A stretch of 64,000 nucleotides of DNA, taken from positions 126,666 through 190,665 of the forward strand of contig JBMOMC010000006.1 of NCBI GenBank assembly GCA_049325335.1. Direction: 5' to 3'. A model generated the notes under the pieces. The model was given only the letters and a program-made list of their open reading frames with translations. It did not search any database and was not told the DNA's origin. A program made the translations under genes and the position numbers. Source of the stretch: Nitrospirota bacterium (GTDB lineage: Bacteria; Nitrospirota; Nitrospiria; 2-01-FULL-66-17). Positions 51,566-60,464 of the stretch are shown in pieces (position 1 is the first letter of the stretch; each line of letters starts with the position of its first letter).

Positions 51566-52306
51566 ATGATGAAACCGCCTAGGGCCTGGATGGCCTGGAG
51601 CAGCGGGAAAGACAGCGCGTGGGCGCTGCACGTGGCCCGACAGCAGGGCCAGGTTGACGTCGTCGGTCTGTTGACCACAGTCACCGACACGTATGGCCGG
51701 ATTTCCATGCACGGCGTGCGCGAGGAGCTCCTGCATGCCCAGGCCGCGGCGGTCGGCCTCCCGCTCCATGTAGTCCGTATTCCGGCGCCATGCCCGAACG
51801 ACGTGTACGAGACGCGGATGCGGGAGGCCCTGGACCTCGGGCAACGTGACGGCGTGACGCACGTCGTGTTCGGCGATCTGTTCCTGGCGGATCTCCGTGT
51901 CTACCGAGAGCGCCAGCTTGGGCGCGTCGGGATGACCGGCGTGTTTCCGTTGTGGCGGCGCGACACCGCGAAGCTTGCGCGGGAGATGATCTCAAGCGGG
52001 CTCCGGGCTCATGTCGTATGCATTGACCCACGGCGAGTGCCCGTCGCGCTCGCCGGACGCGCGTTCGACGAATCACTGCTTCAAGACCTCTCGGCGGACA
52101 TCGATCCCTGCGGCGAAAACGGCGAGTTCCACACGTTTGCATGGAACGGCCCGATGTTCGCCCGTCCGGTGGCCGTGACTGTGGGCGAAACCGTGGAGCG
52201 GGACGGATTCGTCTTTACGGATCTGGTGGGCGAATTGGGGAGGGTTCCGCGTGAGTCAATACCGAGAGGCTTAAGGCGAACGCACATGATGGGGCATGCG
52301 GATTGA
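51566..52306 (+). CDS. PP-loop ATP pyrophosphatase (diphthine-ammonia ligase/Dph6-like)
   Basis: WSSGKDS, MHGV, FGDLFL and DPCGENGEFHTF; promoter TTGACA-N18-TATCGT at 51512-51541. Confidence 0.85.
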   Translation: MMKPPRAWMAWSSGKDSAWALHVARQQGQVDVVGLLTTVTDTYGRISMHGVREELLHAQAAAVGLPLHVVRIPAPCPNDVYETRMREALDLGQRDGVTHVVFGDLFLADLRVYRERQLGRVGMTGVFPLWRRDTAKLAREMISSGLRAHVVCIDPRRVPVALAGRAFDESLLQDLSADIDPCGENGEFHTFAWNGPMFARPVAVTVGETVERDGFVFTDLVGELGRVPRESIPRGLRRTHMMGHAD

Positions 52307-52375
52307 CTTGGTATCGTGTCCGGTCGGCGTTCCTCCGGAATTGCGCTGCCGCGAGTCCGGTCAGAGATTGTTCTG

Positions 52376-52825
52376 TTAGCCTTCTGGCAGCGAGTTTCGG
52401 AACGCGACAAGCAGTTCGCCGGGCGTGACGATCTGAAAGCGGACGGCTTGGCGCACTTTCGGCTGGTGGAAGTGTTTCGTATTCCACGAGACGAGATAAT
52501 CGGCCTCTGCCGCGATCGCGGCTGCCAGGATTGGCGCATCATTGGAGTGGATCAAGCCGGCGACTCGAGAGATTTCCTCTCGGGTCGGATCGTCCAGAAG
52601 TGTGGGAGCAATCGACTGAATCAAGCGACGATAGTCGGCCGCCAGGCCGGGTAGCTTTTCAGACAGATTGCGATCAGCTTCGGTCAGGACTTGTTTCGAG
52701 ACCAACGTTTCGATCACTCCGGCTTCGCACAGGCGAAGGACTTCCCTCGCCGCACCCGTCTGCGAGATGAGGCCTGCGATCAATGCGCTGGTATCGAGGA
52801 ATACCCGCCATCGTCTAGCCGCCAT
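52376..52825 (-). CDS. PIN-domain toxin (VapC-like)
   Basis: VFLDTSAL, E, DAPILAAA and LVSWNTKHF. Confidence 0.88.
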   Translation of the reverse strand: MAARRWRVFLDTSALIAGLISQTGAAREVLRLCEAGVIETLVSKQVLTEADRNLSEKLPGLAADYRRLIQSIAPTLLDDPTREEISRVAGLIHSNDAPILAAAIAAEADYLVSWNTKHFHQPKVRQAVRFQIVTPGELLVAFRNSLPEG

Positions 52826-53078
52826 ACCGTTCTCGGTTGTACCGGCGCCGCTGTTTCTCTAAATCGCGCAACAGATCTTCCAGCGTCAACCCCGCCTTTT
52901 TGAGTTCTCTCTCCGCTTTTTTGGCTACAGTGTCGCCGATCAACTTTTTCGGCGTCAACACGAGCGCCTCTCCCGCCTTGACGACGCTGAGCGTCGTCTC
53001 CTCGTCCAGTCGCAGTTCCTTCCGCAGGGCTGCCGGAATCGTCAGTTGCCCCCGGCCCCAGACCTTGACAACGGCCAT
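52815..53078 (-). CDS. AbrB/MazE/SpoVT-family antitoxin
   Basis: VKVWGRGQLTIPAALRKEL; overlaps the PIN gene. Confidence 0.88.
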   Translation of the reverse strand: MAVVKVWGRGQLTIPAALRKELRLDEETTLSVVKAGEALVLTPKKLIGDTVAKKAERELKKAGLTLEDLLRDLEKQRRRYNRERYGG

Positions 53079-53091
53079 GGTCGATCCTCCA

Positions 53092-53150
53092 ATTCAGCTT
53101 ATCTGATGAATGCTGATAATCAGTTTAGTTCTAAACCGTGGCTAAATCAA
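53092..53150 (-). promoter_or_regulatory. TA operon promoter and operator
   Basis: TTGATT-N17-TAAACT followed by palindromes CTGATTATCAG and TCAGATAAGCTGA; GGAGG RBS. Confidence 0.65.
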
Positions 53151-53222
53151 CTACGAGCAAGGCTTTGTCCGTGCGCGTGGCGTTGATGACCGGAAACGAC
53201 GATCGTCGTCACCAAGGGGGGA

Positions 53223-56174
53223 TCAATCTGTGGGCGCGAAGCCGTGCCGGGTGGTGTTTTCCGAATAACTCTTCGGGATCAAGAATTGGGGCAGGTAGTC
53301 GGGGCCGCCCGCTTTGGATCCGACGCCGGAGAGCCGGTACCCGCCGAAGGGTTGGCGGCCCACGATGGCGCCCGTGATCGGCCGATTGATGTACAGGTTG
53401 CCCACCTCAAATGCGTTGGCGGTGCGGCGAATGTTGGCGGGGCTGCGTGAGTAGAGGCCGCCGGTCAACGCGAACTCCACGTCGTTGGCCATTGACAGGG
53501 CGTGGTCGAAATCACGCGCGATCAGGACCGACAACACGGGGCCGAAGATTTCTTCTTGCGCCAGTGGGTGGCTTGGCGGCACGGGGCCAAACAAGGCGGG
53601 CGCGACGTAATAGCCGGGCAAGGGCGGCGGGGGCGCGACGCGCAAGGCCAAGCCGTCGGCTGCGCCGCGGTCGATGATCGCCTGGATGCGGTCGCGGGCC
53701 GCGGCATCGATGACCGGACCGACTCGGTTCGCGGGGTCCTCGGGCGAGCCAAGGGGCAGGTCGCTGACGGCGTGTATGAGACGCGCGATCAGCGCGTCGG
53801 CCACTGGTTGCTCGATGATGACGCGCGAACAGGCCGAGCACTTTTGGCCTTGGTAGCCGAACGCGGACGTGAGGATGCCCGCGAGGGCTTCGTCGGGGTC
53901 GGCGGTGCGGTCCACGATCACCGCATTTTTGCCGCCCATCTCCGCGATGACGCGTTTGACCCGGCGTTGCCCTGTCGGGGTGTGGGCCGCGCGTTCATTG
54001 ATGCGCAGGCCGACCTCTTTTGAGCCGGTGAAGGTGATGAAATCCACGAGCGGATGATCGACCAGGTAGTCGCCGATCTCGCTCCCGGGTCCGGGCAGAA
54101 ACTGCAACACCCCCGGAGGAAGGCCGGCCGCGGTGAACGCATCGACTAAGCGCGCGCCGAGCACGGGTGATAACCCCGAAGGTTTAAAGATCACGCTGTT
54201 GCCCGCGACCAATGCGGCCGCGATCATTCCCGCGGGGATGGCCACCGGGAAGTTCCACGGCGCGACCACGAGCCCCACGCCGCGGGGGATATACCAATAG
54301 CGGTTGTCTTCGCCGGGGATCTCGCCCATCCGTCGGGACCGCGCGAGGCGCAGCATCTCGCCCGCGTAGTAGTCGAGAAAGTCGATGGCCTCGCACACGT
54401 CCGCGTCGGCCTCGCGCCAGGTTTTCCCGACTTCCAAGACTTCCAATGCGGTCAGGTCGAGCCTGGCCGCGCGTAACCGACCGGCGGTGTCGCGCAGCAC
54501 GCGCGCGCGTTCCGCAACCGGCACGCGCTGCCACGTCGTCAAGGCGTCGGCCGCGCCGGTCACCGCCGCATCGGCCTGTTCGCGCGAGGCCTGCGCGACG
54601 CGGCCGATGATCTCGGACGGCGCCGCGGGATTGACCGACAATGCGGTGCGGCCGGTCTCCACGCGGCGGCCGTCGATGATCAGCGGATACGCGCGCCCGA
54701 TGGTCGTGCGCGCGCGGGCGATCGCGGTTTGCATGGCCTCGCGAACGTGGTGCCGAGCGAAATCCAACGGCGGCTCGTTCATGAATGCATCGTCATCCCG
54801 TAGGGGGGCACGGCCGTGCGCCCCTACGGGTGCGGGGGGGATGACGGGCGGCACCAGCAACGCATCCGCGTCCTGGCGGTCCTGGAATCTGCGGCGCAAA
54901 AACGATTCGTTCGCGCTGTTTTCCAGCAAGCGGCGCACCAAATACGCCATGCCAGGGACCAGTTCGCCCACCGGCGCGTAGATGCGTACGCCGTACCCCA
55001 TCTCGGTCAAGGCCTGCGCGATGGGATCGCCCATGCCGTAGAGCAACTGCAGCTCGTAGGCCGAGCGGGGGAGGCGGAGACGTTCCGCGTACGCAATGGC
55101 GGCCGCGAGACTCCGCGCGTTGTGCGACCCGATCGCGGGCCGGACCCGCGGCGCGTGGTCCAAGAGCAGACGGGTGAGCCGTTCGAACTGCGCGTCGGTT
55201 TCGCGTTTGTCGGTCAAGACCGGGATCGGCCACCCCTTTTGGCGCGCGGTGATGAGTTCCGCGTCCCAATACGCGCCCTTGACCAACCGGATCGTCAGCG
55301 GTCGTGGTCGCCGCGACGCCCAGTCGAGTACGGCGCGAAGATCCGTTTCCGCGTCGCGCAGATACGCTTGGATCACGAGTCCGGCGTGCCCGTCCGCGCC
55401 GTCGCCCTCCGCGAAGATCCGCCGCGCGAGCGCCAACAAGAGATCTTTCAAGGCATAGTGTTCCATATCAAGGTGCGCGTGCGCGCCGCATGCGCGCGCG
55501 GTTTGGAGGATGGGGGTGAGACGAGCGCTCACGCGCGCCAGGCTGCCCTCGAAATCCGCGGGGTCGAGGCGGGCGTCGAGCGAGGAGGTCTTGATCGACA
55601 CATCGGCGGCCGGAATGTCGGCCAAGGGGTGGCGCCCTGCGGGAGCGCCAGCGGCGCGGGCCGCGTCCGCGATCGCGGTGATCAACCGTTGATAGCGGTG
55701 TTGGTAGGCATCCACCTCCGCGTCGCTGAGCGCGGCTTCGCCCAGCAGGGCCGCGGTGGCGCCCTGACCGCGGCTCCACAACGCGGCCATCGCGGGCCCG
55801 GCGTGATCGGCGCTCTCCGACGCGATGAACATTTTGGCCATGGCCGTGACCTGGTCCTGGAGCGCGCGGCCCGCGAGTCGCCCGGTCACCGAGCCTGATT
55901 CCAGGTGTTTGAGACCCCACGAAAACGCCGCGGGGAGCGCGAGGCCCTCCATGTACTGGGCAAACAGGGCGGCCGCGTCGCCCGGATCCGACACGGTAGG
56001 GAGCACATCGACGAAGCGAAACAACGCGACCTTGAACGCCTCGTCGCGGATGGCCCGCTCCATGAGTTGTCCCGCCCACCGTGAGGGGTCAAAGACCCCG
56101 GCGCGACGAGTGCCCGCGCGCTCCAGGATGTCGCGGCCGATCCGCTGGATCTCCGGTTCGAGATCCGTATCCAT
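53223..56174 (-). CDS. putA: Bifunctional proline dehydrogenase/P5C dehydrogenase
   Basis: LFRFVDVLP, RLVKGAYWD, YLVRRLLEN, EMGGKN and GQKCSACSR; ATG at 56174. Confidence 0.93.
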   Translation of the reverse strand: MDTDLEPEIQRIGRDILERAGTRRAGVFDPSRWAGQLMERAIRDEAFKVALFRFVDVLPTVSDPGDAAALFAQYMEGLALPAAFSWGLKHLESGSVTGRLAGRALQDQVTAMAKMFIASESADHAGPAMAALWSRGQGATAALLGEAALSDAEVDAYQHRYQRLITAIADAARAAGAPAGRHPLADIPAADVSIKTSSLDARLDPADFEGSLARVSARLTPILQTARACGAHAHLDMEHYALKDLLLALARRIFAEGDGADGHAGLVIQAYLRDAETDLRAVLDWASRRPRPLTIRLVKGAYWDAELITARQKGWPIPVLTDKRETDAQFERLTRLLLDHAPRVRPAIGSHNARSLAAAIAYAERLRLPRSAYELQLLYGMGDPIAQALTEMGYGVRIYAPVGELVPGMAYLVRRLLENSANESFLRRRFQDRQDADALLVPPVIPPAPVGAHGRAPLRDDDAFMNEPPLDFARHHVREAMQTAIARARTTIGRAYPLIIDGRRVETGRTALSVNPAAPSEIIGRVAQASREQADAAVTGAADALTTWQRVPVAERARVLRDTAGRLRAARLDLTALEVLEVGKTWREADADVCEAIDFLDYYAGEMLRLARSRRMGEIPGEDNRYWYIPRGVGLVVAPWNFPVAIPAGMIAAALVAGNSVIFKPSGLSPVLGARLVDAFTAAGLPPGVLQFLPGPGSEIGDYLVDHPLVDFITFTGSKEVGLRINERAAHTPTGQRRVKRVIAEMGGKNAVIVDRTADPDEALAGILTSAFGYQGQKCSACSRVIIEQPVADALIARLIHAVSDLPLGSPEDPANRVGPVIDAAARDRIQAIIDRGAADGLALRVAPPPPLPGYYVAPALFGPVPPSHPLAQEEIFGPVLSVLIARDFDHALSMANDVEFALTGGLYSRSPANIRRTANAFEVGNLYINRPITGAIVGRQPFGGYRLSGVGSKAGGPDYLPQFLIPKSYSENTTRHGFAPTD
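54797..54830. repeat. REP palindrome inside the putA coding sequence
   Basis: CCCGTAGGGGGGCACGGCCGTGCGCCCCTACGGG; same family as 9606, 17999 and 25523. Confidence 0.8.
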
Positions 56175-56190
56175 CAGGACGTCACCGGGC

Positions 56191-56778
56191 CTACGCGTAA
56201 AAGGCGTGGTACCACGTCGCGGCCAGGAGCGTCTTGCTGTCCACGATCTCGCCGCGCCGGACGCGATCGAGCAGTTCGTCGAACGGCATGGTGACGACTT
56301 CCAAGAATTCGGTCCCGTCCGGCTTGGCGTGGGGCGCGGGTCGCAGGTCTCGGCCGAGAAAGACTTCGATGCGGCCGGTGGAGAACCCGACCGAGTGGTA
56401 GTACCCGAACAGCGGCTCCAGTCGGGCCGGAGACAACCCGATTTCTTCGCCGCACTCGCGGCGCGCGGTCTGCTCGGGGTCCTCGCCGGGCTCGAGAATG
56501 CCGGCCGGAATTTCCAGGATCGTGCGTTCCAACGCGGTGCGGTATTGCCGGACCAGGTAGACGACGCCCTGGTCCGTGATGGGCAACACGCCGACCGCAT
56601 TCGGCGGCGCCACGATCTCGCGGCGTCCTTCCCGGCCGTCCGGGAGGCGAACGGTGCGTTCCTCCACGCGAAGATACCGGCCCTCGTACACCGGGCGGGC
56701 GGCGAGCAGGGTTTCCCGAAGCTCGCCGCCCGCCAGGGGGCGCGCGTTCGGCGTATCGCGCGGTGGGATGTCGTCCAT
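56191..56778 (-). CDS. NUDIX hydrolase (ADP-ribose pyrophosphatase-like)
   Basis: LVRQYR and Nudix box EIPAG..EDPEQTARRECGEEIG. Confidence 0.9.
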   Translation of the reverse strand: MDDIPPRDTPNARPLAGGELRETLLAARPVYEGRYLRVEERTVRLPDGREGRREIVAPPNAVGVLPITDQGVVYLVRQYRTALERTILEIPAGILEPGEDPEQTARRECGEEIGLSPARLEPLFGYYHSVGFSTGRIEVFLGRDLRPAPHAKPDGTEFLEVVTMPFDELLDRVRRGEIVDSKTLLAATWYHAFYA

Positions 56779-56877
56779 GACGCGGCTGATCGTACCACAG
56801 GCCCGCGTCGCGCGGCCAATCGACAACCCGACTCCGCTCCCGTATAATGCCGATCTCGCTGGGGGAGTCGAAGCACT

Positions 56878-57438
56878 GTGGCCGATCAGAAGGAAAAGAA
56901 GTCGTGGGAACGACTGTTCGAAGGCGCGTTGTGGCGCAGTCGGTTCATCGTGTTGCTCGCGGTGGTGGCCAGCCTGGCGTCCGCGGTGATCCTGTTTTTG
57001 ATCGCCACGGCCGACGTGGCCAGTTTGGCGCTGAAGGCGATCGGCTACGCCACCAGCGGGCCGCACACGAGCGATCAATACGACGCGTTTCACAGCGCGG
57101 TGGTGGGACACGTGATCAGCGCGGTGGATGATTTTCTGCTCGCCACGGTACTACTCATTTTCTCGCTGGGCCTGTATGAACTGTTCATCAGCAAGATCGA
57201 CGTGGCGCAGGAAGACGCCCGGCACAGCTCGAAGATTCTGTTGATTCAGACGTTGGACGACCTCAAGGACCGTCTTGCCAAAGTGGTCCTGATGATCCTG
57301 ATCGTGACGTTTTTCAAGAACGTGATCCACACCAGCTTTGACGGGCCGCTGAGCATCCTATATTTGGGGGTAGGGATCTTGTTCGTGGCGCTGGCGTTGT
57401 ATTTCACGGCCCGGTCGGGCCACGGAGGCGACAAATGA
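56878..57438 (+). CDS. YqhA/UPF0114 membrane protein
   Basis: VDDFLLATVLLIFSLGLYELFISKID and LDDLK. Confidence 0.88.
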   Translation: MADQKEKKSWERLFEGALWRSRFIVLLAVVASLASAVILFLIATADVASLALKAIGYATSGPHTSDQYDAFHSAVVGHVISAVDDFLLATVLLIFSLGLYELFISKIDVAQEDARHSSKILLIQTLDDLKDRLAKVVLMILIVTFFKNVIHTSFDGPLSILYLGVGILFVALALYFTARSGHGGDK

Positions 57439-58358
57439 GTTGGGAGCGGCTGCCGGACCTGGCGATCGCGCGGTCGCATCCCGCGGTGACGGTCCACAAC
57501 GGCTTGGTGTACGCGATCGGCGGCGGAGGGCCTGGATTTGCTAGCCTGGACGCGGTTGAAGTGTTTGACCCGGCGACCGAGCGATGGCGCCCGGCTCGGC
57601 CGATGCCCACCAAACGCTCGGGCGCCATGGCGGTGTCGATCGACGGTCGCATCGCGGTAATCGGCGGCGGGTTCAAAAAACCCGACGGCAAGTTCCGGTT
57701 TTTGCGGATCGTGGAGCTGTACGATCCGGCGGCTGATCGGTGGTCGGAGGGGCCGGAGATGTTCGAACCGCACGATTACCCGGCGTGCGCCGTCTTGGAC
57801 GGGTGGATCTATATCGCGACCGGCCATCACCCCGGTGCAACCGAAGGCGGTCCCCAAACCGATCCGGGGTTCTCGTTCGCCGAACGATGGCGTCCCGGCG
57901 AGGCGTTGTGGGAGTCGCTACCTCCCGCGCCCACGGCGCGCTTTGCCGCCTCGGCGTTGGCGCTCGGCGGACGGGTGGCGGTTGCGGGAGGCGTGGCGTT
58001 TACACCGGACGGGTTTACCGAGTACGACTGCGTCGAAGTGTACGATCCGACACAGGCGACGTGGGAACGGGCGGCGTGGTCGCTGCCCTGGACCGCGGCC
58101 GCGCACAGCCTCACCATCGTCGGTCGACGCCTCGTACTGTGCGGCGGGTTCTCCGGGGACGCGGGGATCGGCGTGACCGCGGCGATGTGCGACCTGGACG
58201 CGGCGGACCGCCCGGGACCGTGGCGGCGTCTGCCGTCGTTGCCCGAACCCCGCGCGGCGATGGGCGCGGCCGTGCTCGATGGACGCCTCGTCCTCGTGGG
58301 CGGTTGGGCTGCGGATCGATCCGTCATGGCGAGCGTGCGCGCGTGGCGCGATGAGTGA
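57435..58358 (+). CDS. Kelch-repeat beta-propeller protein
   Basis: Repeated (Y/V)xxGG..VE.YDP...W...P.P.R units. Confidence 0.88.
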   Translation: MSWERLPDLAIARSHPAVTVHNGLVYAIGGGGPGFASLDAVEVFDPATERWRPARPMPTKRSGAMAVSIDGRIAVIGGGFKKPDGKFRFLRIVELYDPAADRWSEGPEMFEPHDYPACAVLDGWIYIATGHHPGATEGGPQTDPGFSFAERWRPGEALWESLPPAPTARFAASALALGGRVAVAGGVAFTPDGFTEYDCVEVYDPTQATWERAAWSLPWTAAAHSLTIVGRRLVLCGGFSGDAGIGVTAAMCDLDAADRPGPWRRLPSLPEPRAAMGAAVLDGRLVLVGGWAADRSVMASVRAWRDE

Positions 58359-58992
58359 GCCCACGGTTCCGGCTTGCGTGGTCGGGATCGTGGTGTTTCA
58401 CGGCGTGGAAGAACTCGATTTCTCCGCGCCGTACGCCGTGTTCTCCGCACTGCGTCGACTCCAGATCGTGTCCGGCGCGTCCGACCTTCCGGAAACCCAC
58501 GTGATCACGATTAGCCGAACCTCCGGGATTATCCACGGCGCCAACGGTCTGCGCTGGCTCCCTGATTACGATCTGTCCATGTGTCCTGAACTGTCCGTGT
58601 TGGTGGTGCCCGGGTCCGGGGAGATTGGTGATGCCACGGTTCCGGAGATGGAGGAGGGCGGGTTGTGGGACTTCGTGCACGAACAGGCCTCACACGCGCG
58701 GGCCGTGGCGGGGGTGGGAACCGGGACATTCGTGTTGGCCAAGGCCGGGGTGTTGTCCGGGAAACGGGTGGCCACGCGGGCGAAATTCCGGGACGGCCTC
58801 GCCCGGTTCGCGGGCGTGACGGTGGTGGACGCGCCGGTGGTTGAAGACGGCGCGGTGTGGACCGCGGCGGCTGGCGCGTGGGGCGTACCACTGGGACTCG
58901 GGCTCATTGCGCGACTGTACGGCCGGCCGGTCGCGCGCCGAACCGCGGCCGAACTGGACGCGGCGTGGGATGAGACGATGATCACGCCGTGA
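58351..58992 (+). CDS. DJ-1/PfpI-family protein lacking the catalytic Cys
   Basis: GVEELDF, LVVPG, AGVGTGTFVLAKAGVLSGKRVAT and VVEDG. Confidence 0.8.
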   Translation: MSEPTVPACVVGIVVFHGVEELDFSAPYAVFSALRRLQIVSGASDLPETHVITISRTSGIIHGANGLRWLPDYDLSMCPELSVLVVPGSGEIGDATVPEMEEGGLWDFVHEQASHARAVAGVGTGTFVLAKAGVLSGKRVATRAKFRDGLARFAGVTVVDAPVVEDGAVWTAAAGAWGVPLGLGLIARLYGRPVARRTAAELDAAWDETMITP

Positions 58993-59027
58993 CATCCGCC
59001 CGGCGAGCGCCTATAATAGCTGCGCCA

Positions 59028-60464
59028 ATGCCCGCCGTAAAACACGTCCATCTCATCGCGATTTGCGGAACCGGCATGGGGTCCCTGGCCGGCATGCTCA
59101 AGGCCTCCGGTTACCACGTGTCGGGGTCGGATCAGAACGTGTATCCGCCGATGAGCACGTGGCTCGCGGAGCAGGGCATCGTGCCGTATTCCGGTTTCGC
59201 GCCGGAGCACGTGGACGGCGCGGACCTGGTGATCGTGGGCAACGCGGTGTCCAAGAGCAACCCCGAGGCGGTCGCGACGCTCGAACGTGGCATCCCGTAC
59301 CGGTCGTTTCCGCAGGCGCTCGCGGAGTTCTTCATTCGAGACCGACACTCGCTGGTCGTGGCCGGCACGCACGGCAAAACCACGACCACCGCGTTGCTCG
59401 CGTGGGTGCTCACCTCCGCCGGGCGCGACCCGGGCGCCATGATCGGCGGATGGGCCAAGAACTTTGACGGCAATTTTCGGGTCGGCGGCGGTCAGTTCGT
59501 GGCGGTGGAAGGCGACGAATACGACACCGCGTTTTTCGACAAAGGCCCCAAGTTTCTTCACTACCGGCCGCGCACGGCCATCCTGACCAGCATCGAGTTC
59601 GATCACGCCGATATCTACCGCGACCTGGAACACGTGGTGTCCGCGTTCGAACGGTTCGTGGACCTGATTCCGCGCGACGGGTTGTTGGTCGCGGCGGCCG
59701 GCGACGAGACCGTGGCGCGGGTCGCGCGGCGGTCCGCGAGTCGGGTGGAAACCTACGGATTCGGCGCGGGGAGTGAGTGGTCGGCGGAGGGGCTTCGTGC
59801 GCAGGACGGCGGGGTGGCGTTCGAGGTTCGACGCGGGGGCGAGCGGTTCGGTCGGTTCACGCTCCCGCTGATCGGCCGGCACAACGCGCTCAACGCGCTG
59901 GCCGTGATCGCGGCGTCACACGGCGCGGGGCTGAGCGCGGAAGAGATCGCGGAAGGCTTCCGCACGTTTCGCGGCATTAAACGCCGGCAGGACGTGATCG
60001 GGGTGGCGAATGGCGTGGTGGTCATCGACGACTTCGCGCACCATCCCACCGCGATCCGGGAAACCCTGGCCGCGGTCAAGATGGGTTATCCGGCCCGGCA
60101 ACTGTGGGCCATATTCGAGCCGCGGTCGGCCACCAGCCGTCGTGCCGTGTTTCAGGCGCAGTTTGCCGACGCGTTTGATTTGGCGGATCGCGCGGTGATC
60201 GCGGAACCGTTCGCGTCCGACAAATTGCCGCCGGAGCAGCGTTTGGATGCGCGCCAGCTCGTGGATGACTTGGGGCGTCGCGGCGTCCACGCCGCCTGTC
60301 TGCGGACCGCGGACGACATTGTTCGCGCGGTGGGCCCTCAGCTTCAGCCCGGGGACGTGGTCTGCGTGATGTCCAGCGGCGGGTTCGACGGCATCCACGC
60401 CAAACTCCTCGCGGCCCTCCAGGCGGCCGAGGCACGATCACTCCCGACGCCCAAGTCGGCATGA
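59028..60464 (+). CDS. mpl: Murein peptide ligase Mpl
   Basis: HLIAICGTGMG, YPPMST, AGTHGKTTT, EGDEYDTAFFDK and DDFAHHPTAI; own promoter GTGACA-N17-TATAAT. Confidence 0.92.
   Translation: MPAVKHVHLIAICGTGMGSLAGMLKASGYHVSGSDQNVYPPMSTWLAEQGIVPYSGFAPEHVDGADLVIVGNAVSKSNPEAVATLERGIPYRSFPQALAEFFIRDRHSLVVAGTHGKTTTTALLAWVLTSAGRDPGAMIGGWAKNFDGNFRVGGGQFVAVEGDEYDTAFFDKGPKFLHYRPRTAILTSIEFDHADIYRDLEHVVSAFERFVDLIPRDGLLVAAAGDETVARVARRSASRVETYGFGAGSEWSAEGLRAQDGGVAFEVRRGGERFGRFTLPLIGRHNALNALAVIAASHGAGLSAEEIAEGFRTFRGIKRRQDVIGVANGVVVIDDFAHHPTAIRETLAAVKMGYPARQLWAIFEPRSATSRRAVFQAQFADAFDLADRAVIAEPFASDKLPPEQRLDARQLVDDLGRRGVHAACLRTADDIVRAVGPQLQPGDVVCVMSSGGFDGIHAKLLAALQAAEARSLPTPKSA

Noticed and set aside
56175-56876. 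234-aa N-terminal extension of PutA in the ORF track
   Set aside because: It overlaps the NUDIX gene in another frame. PutA-like sequence begins at ATG 56174.
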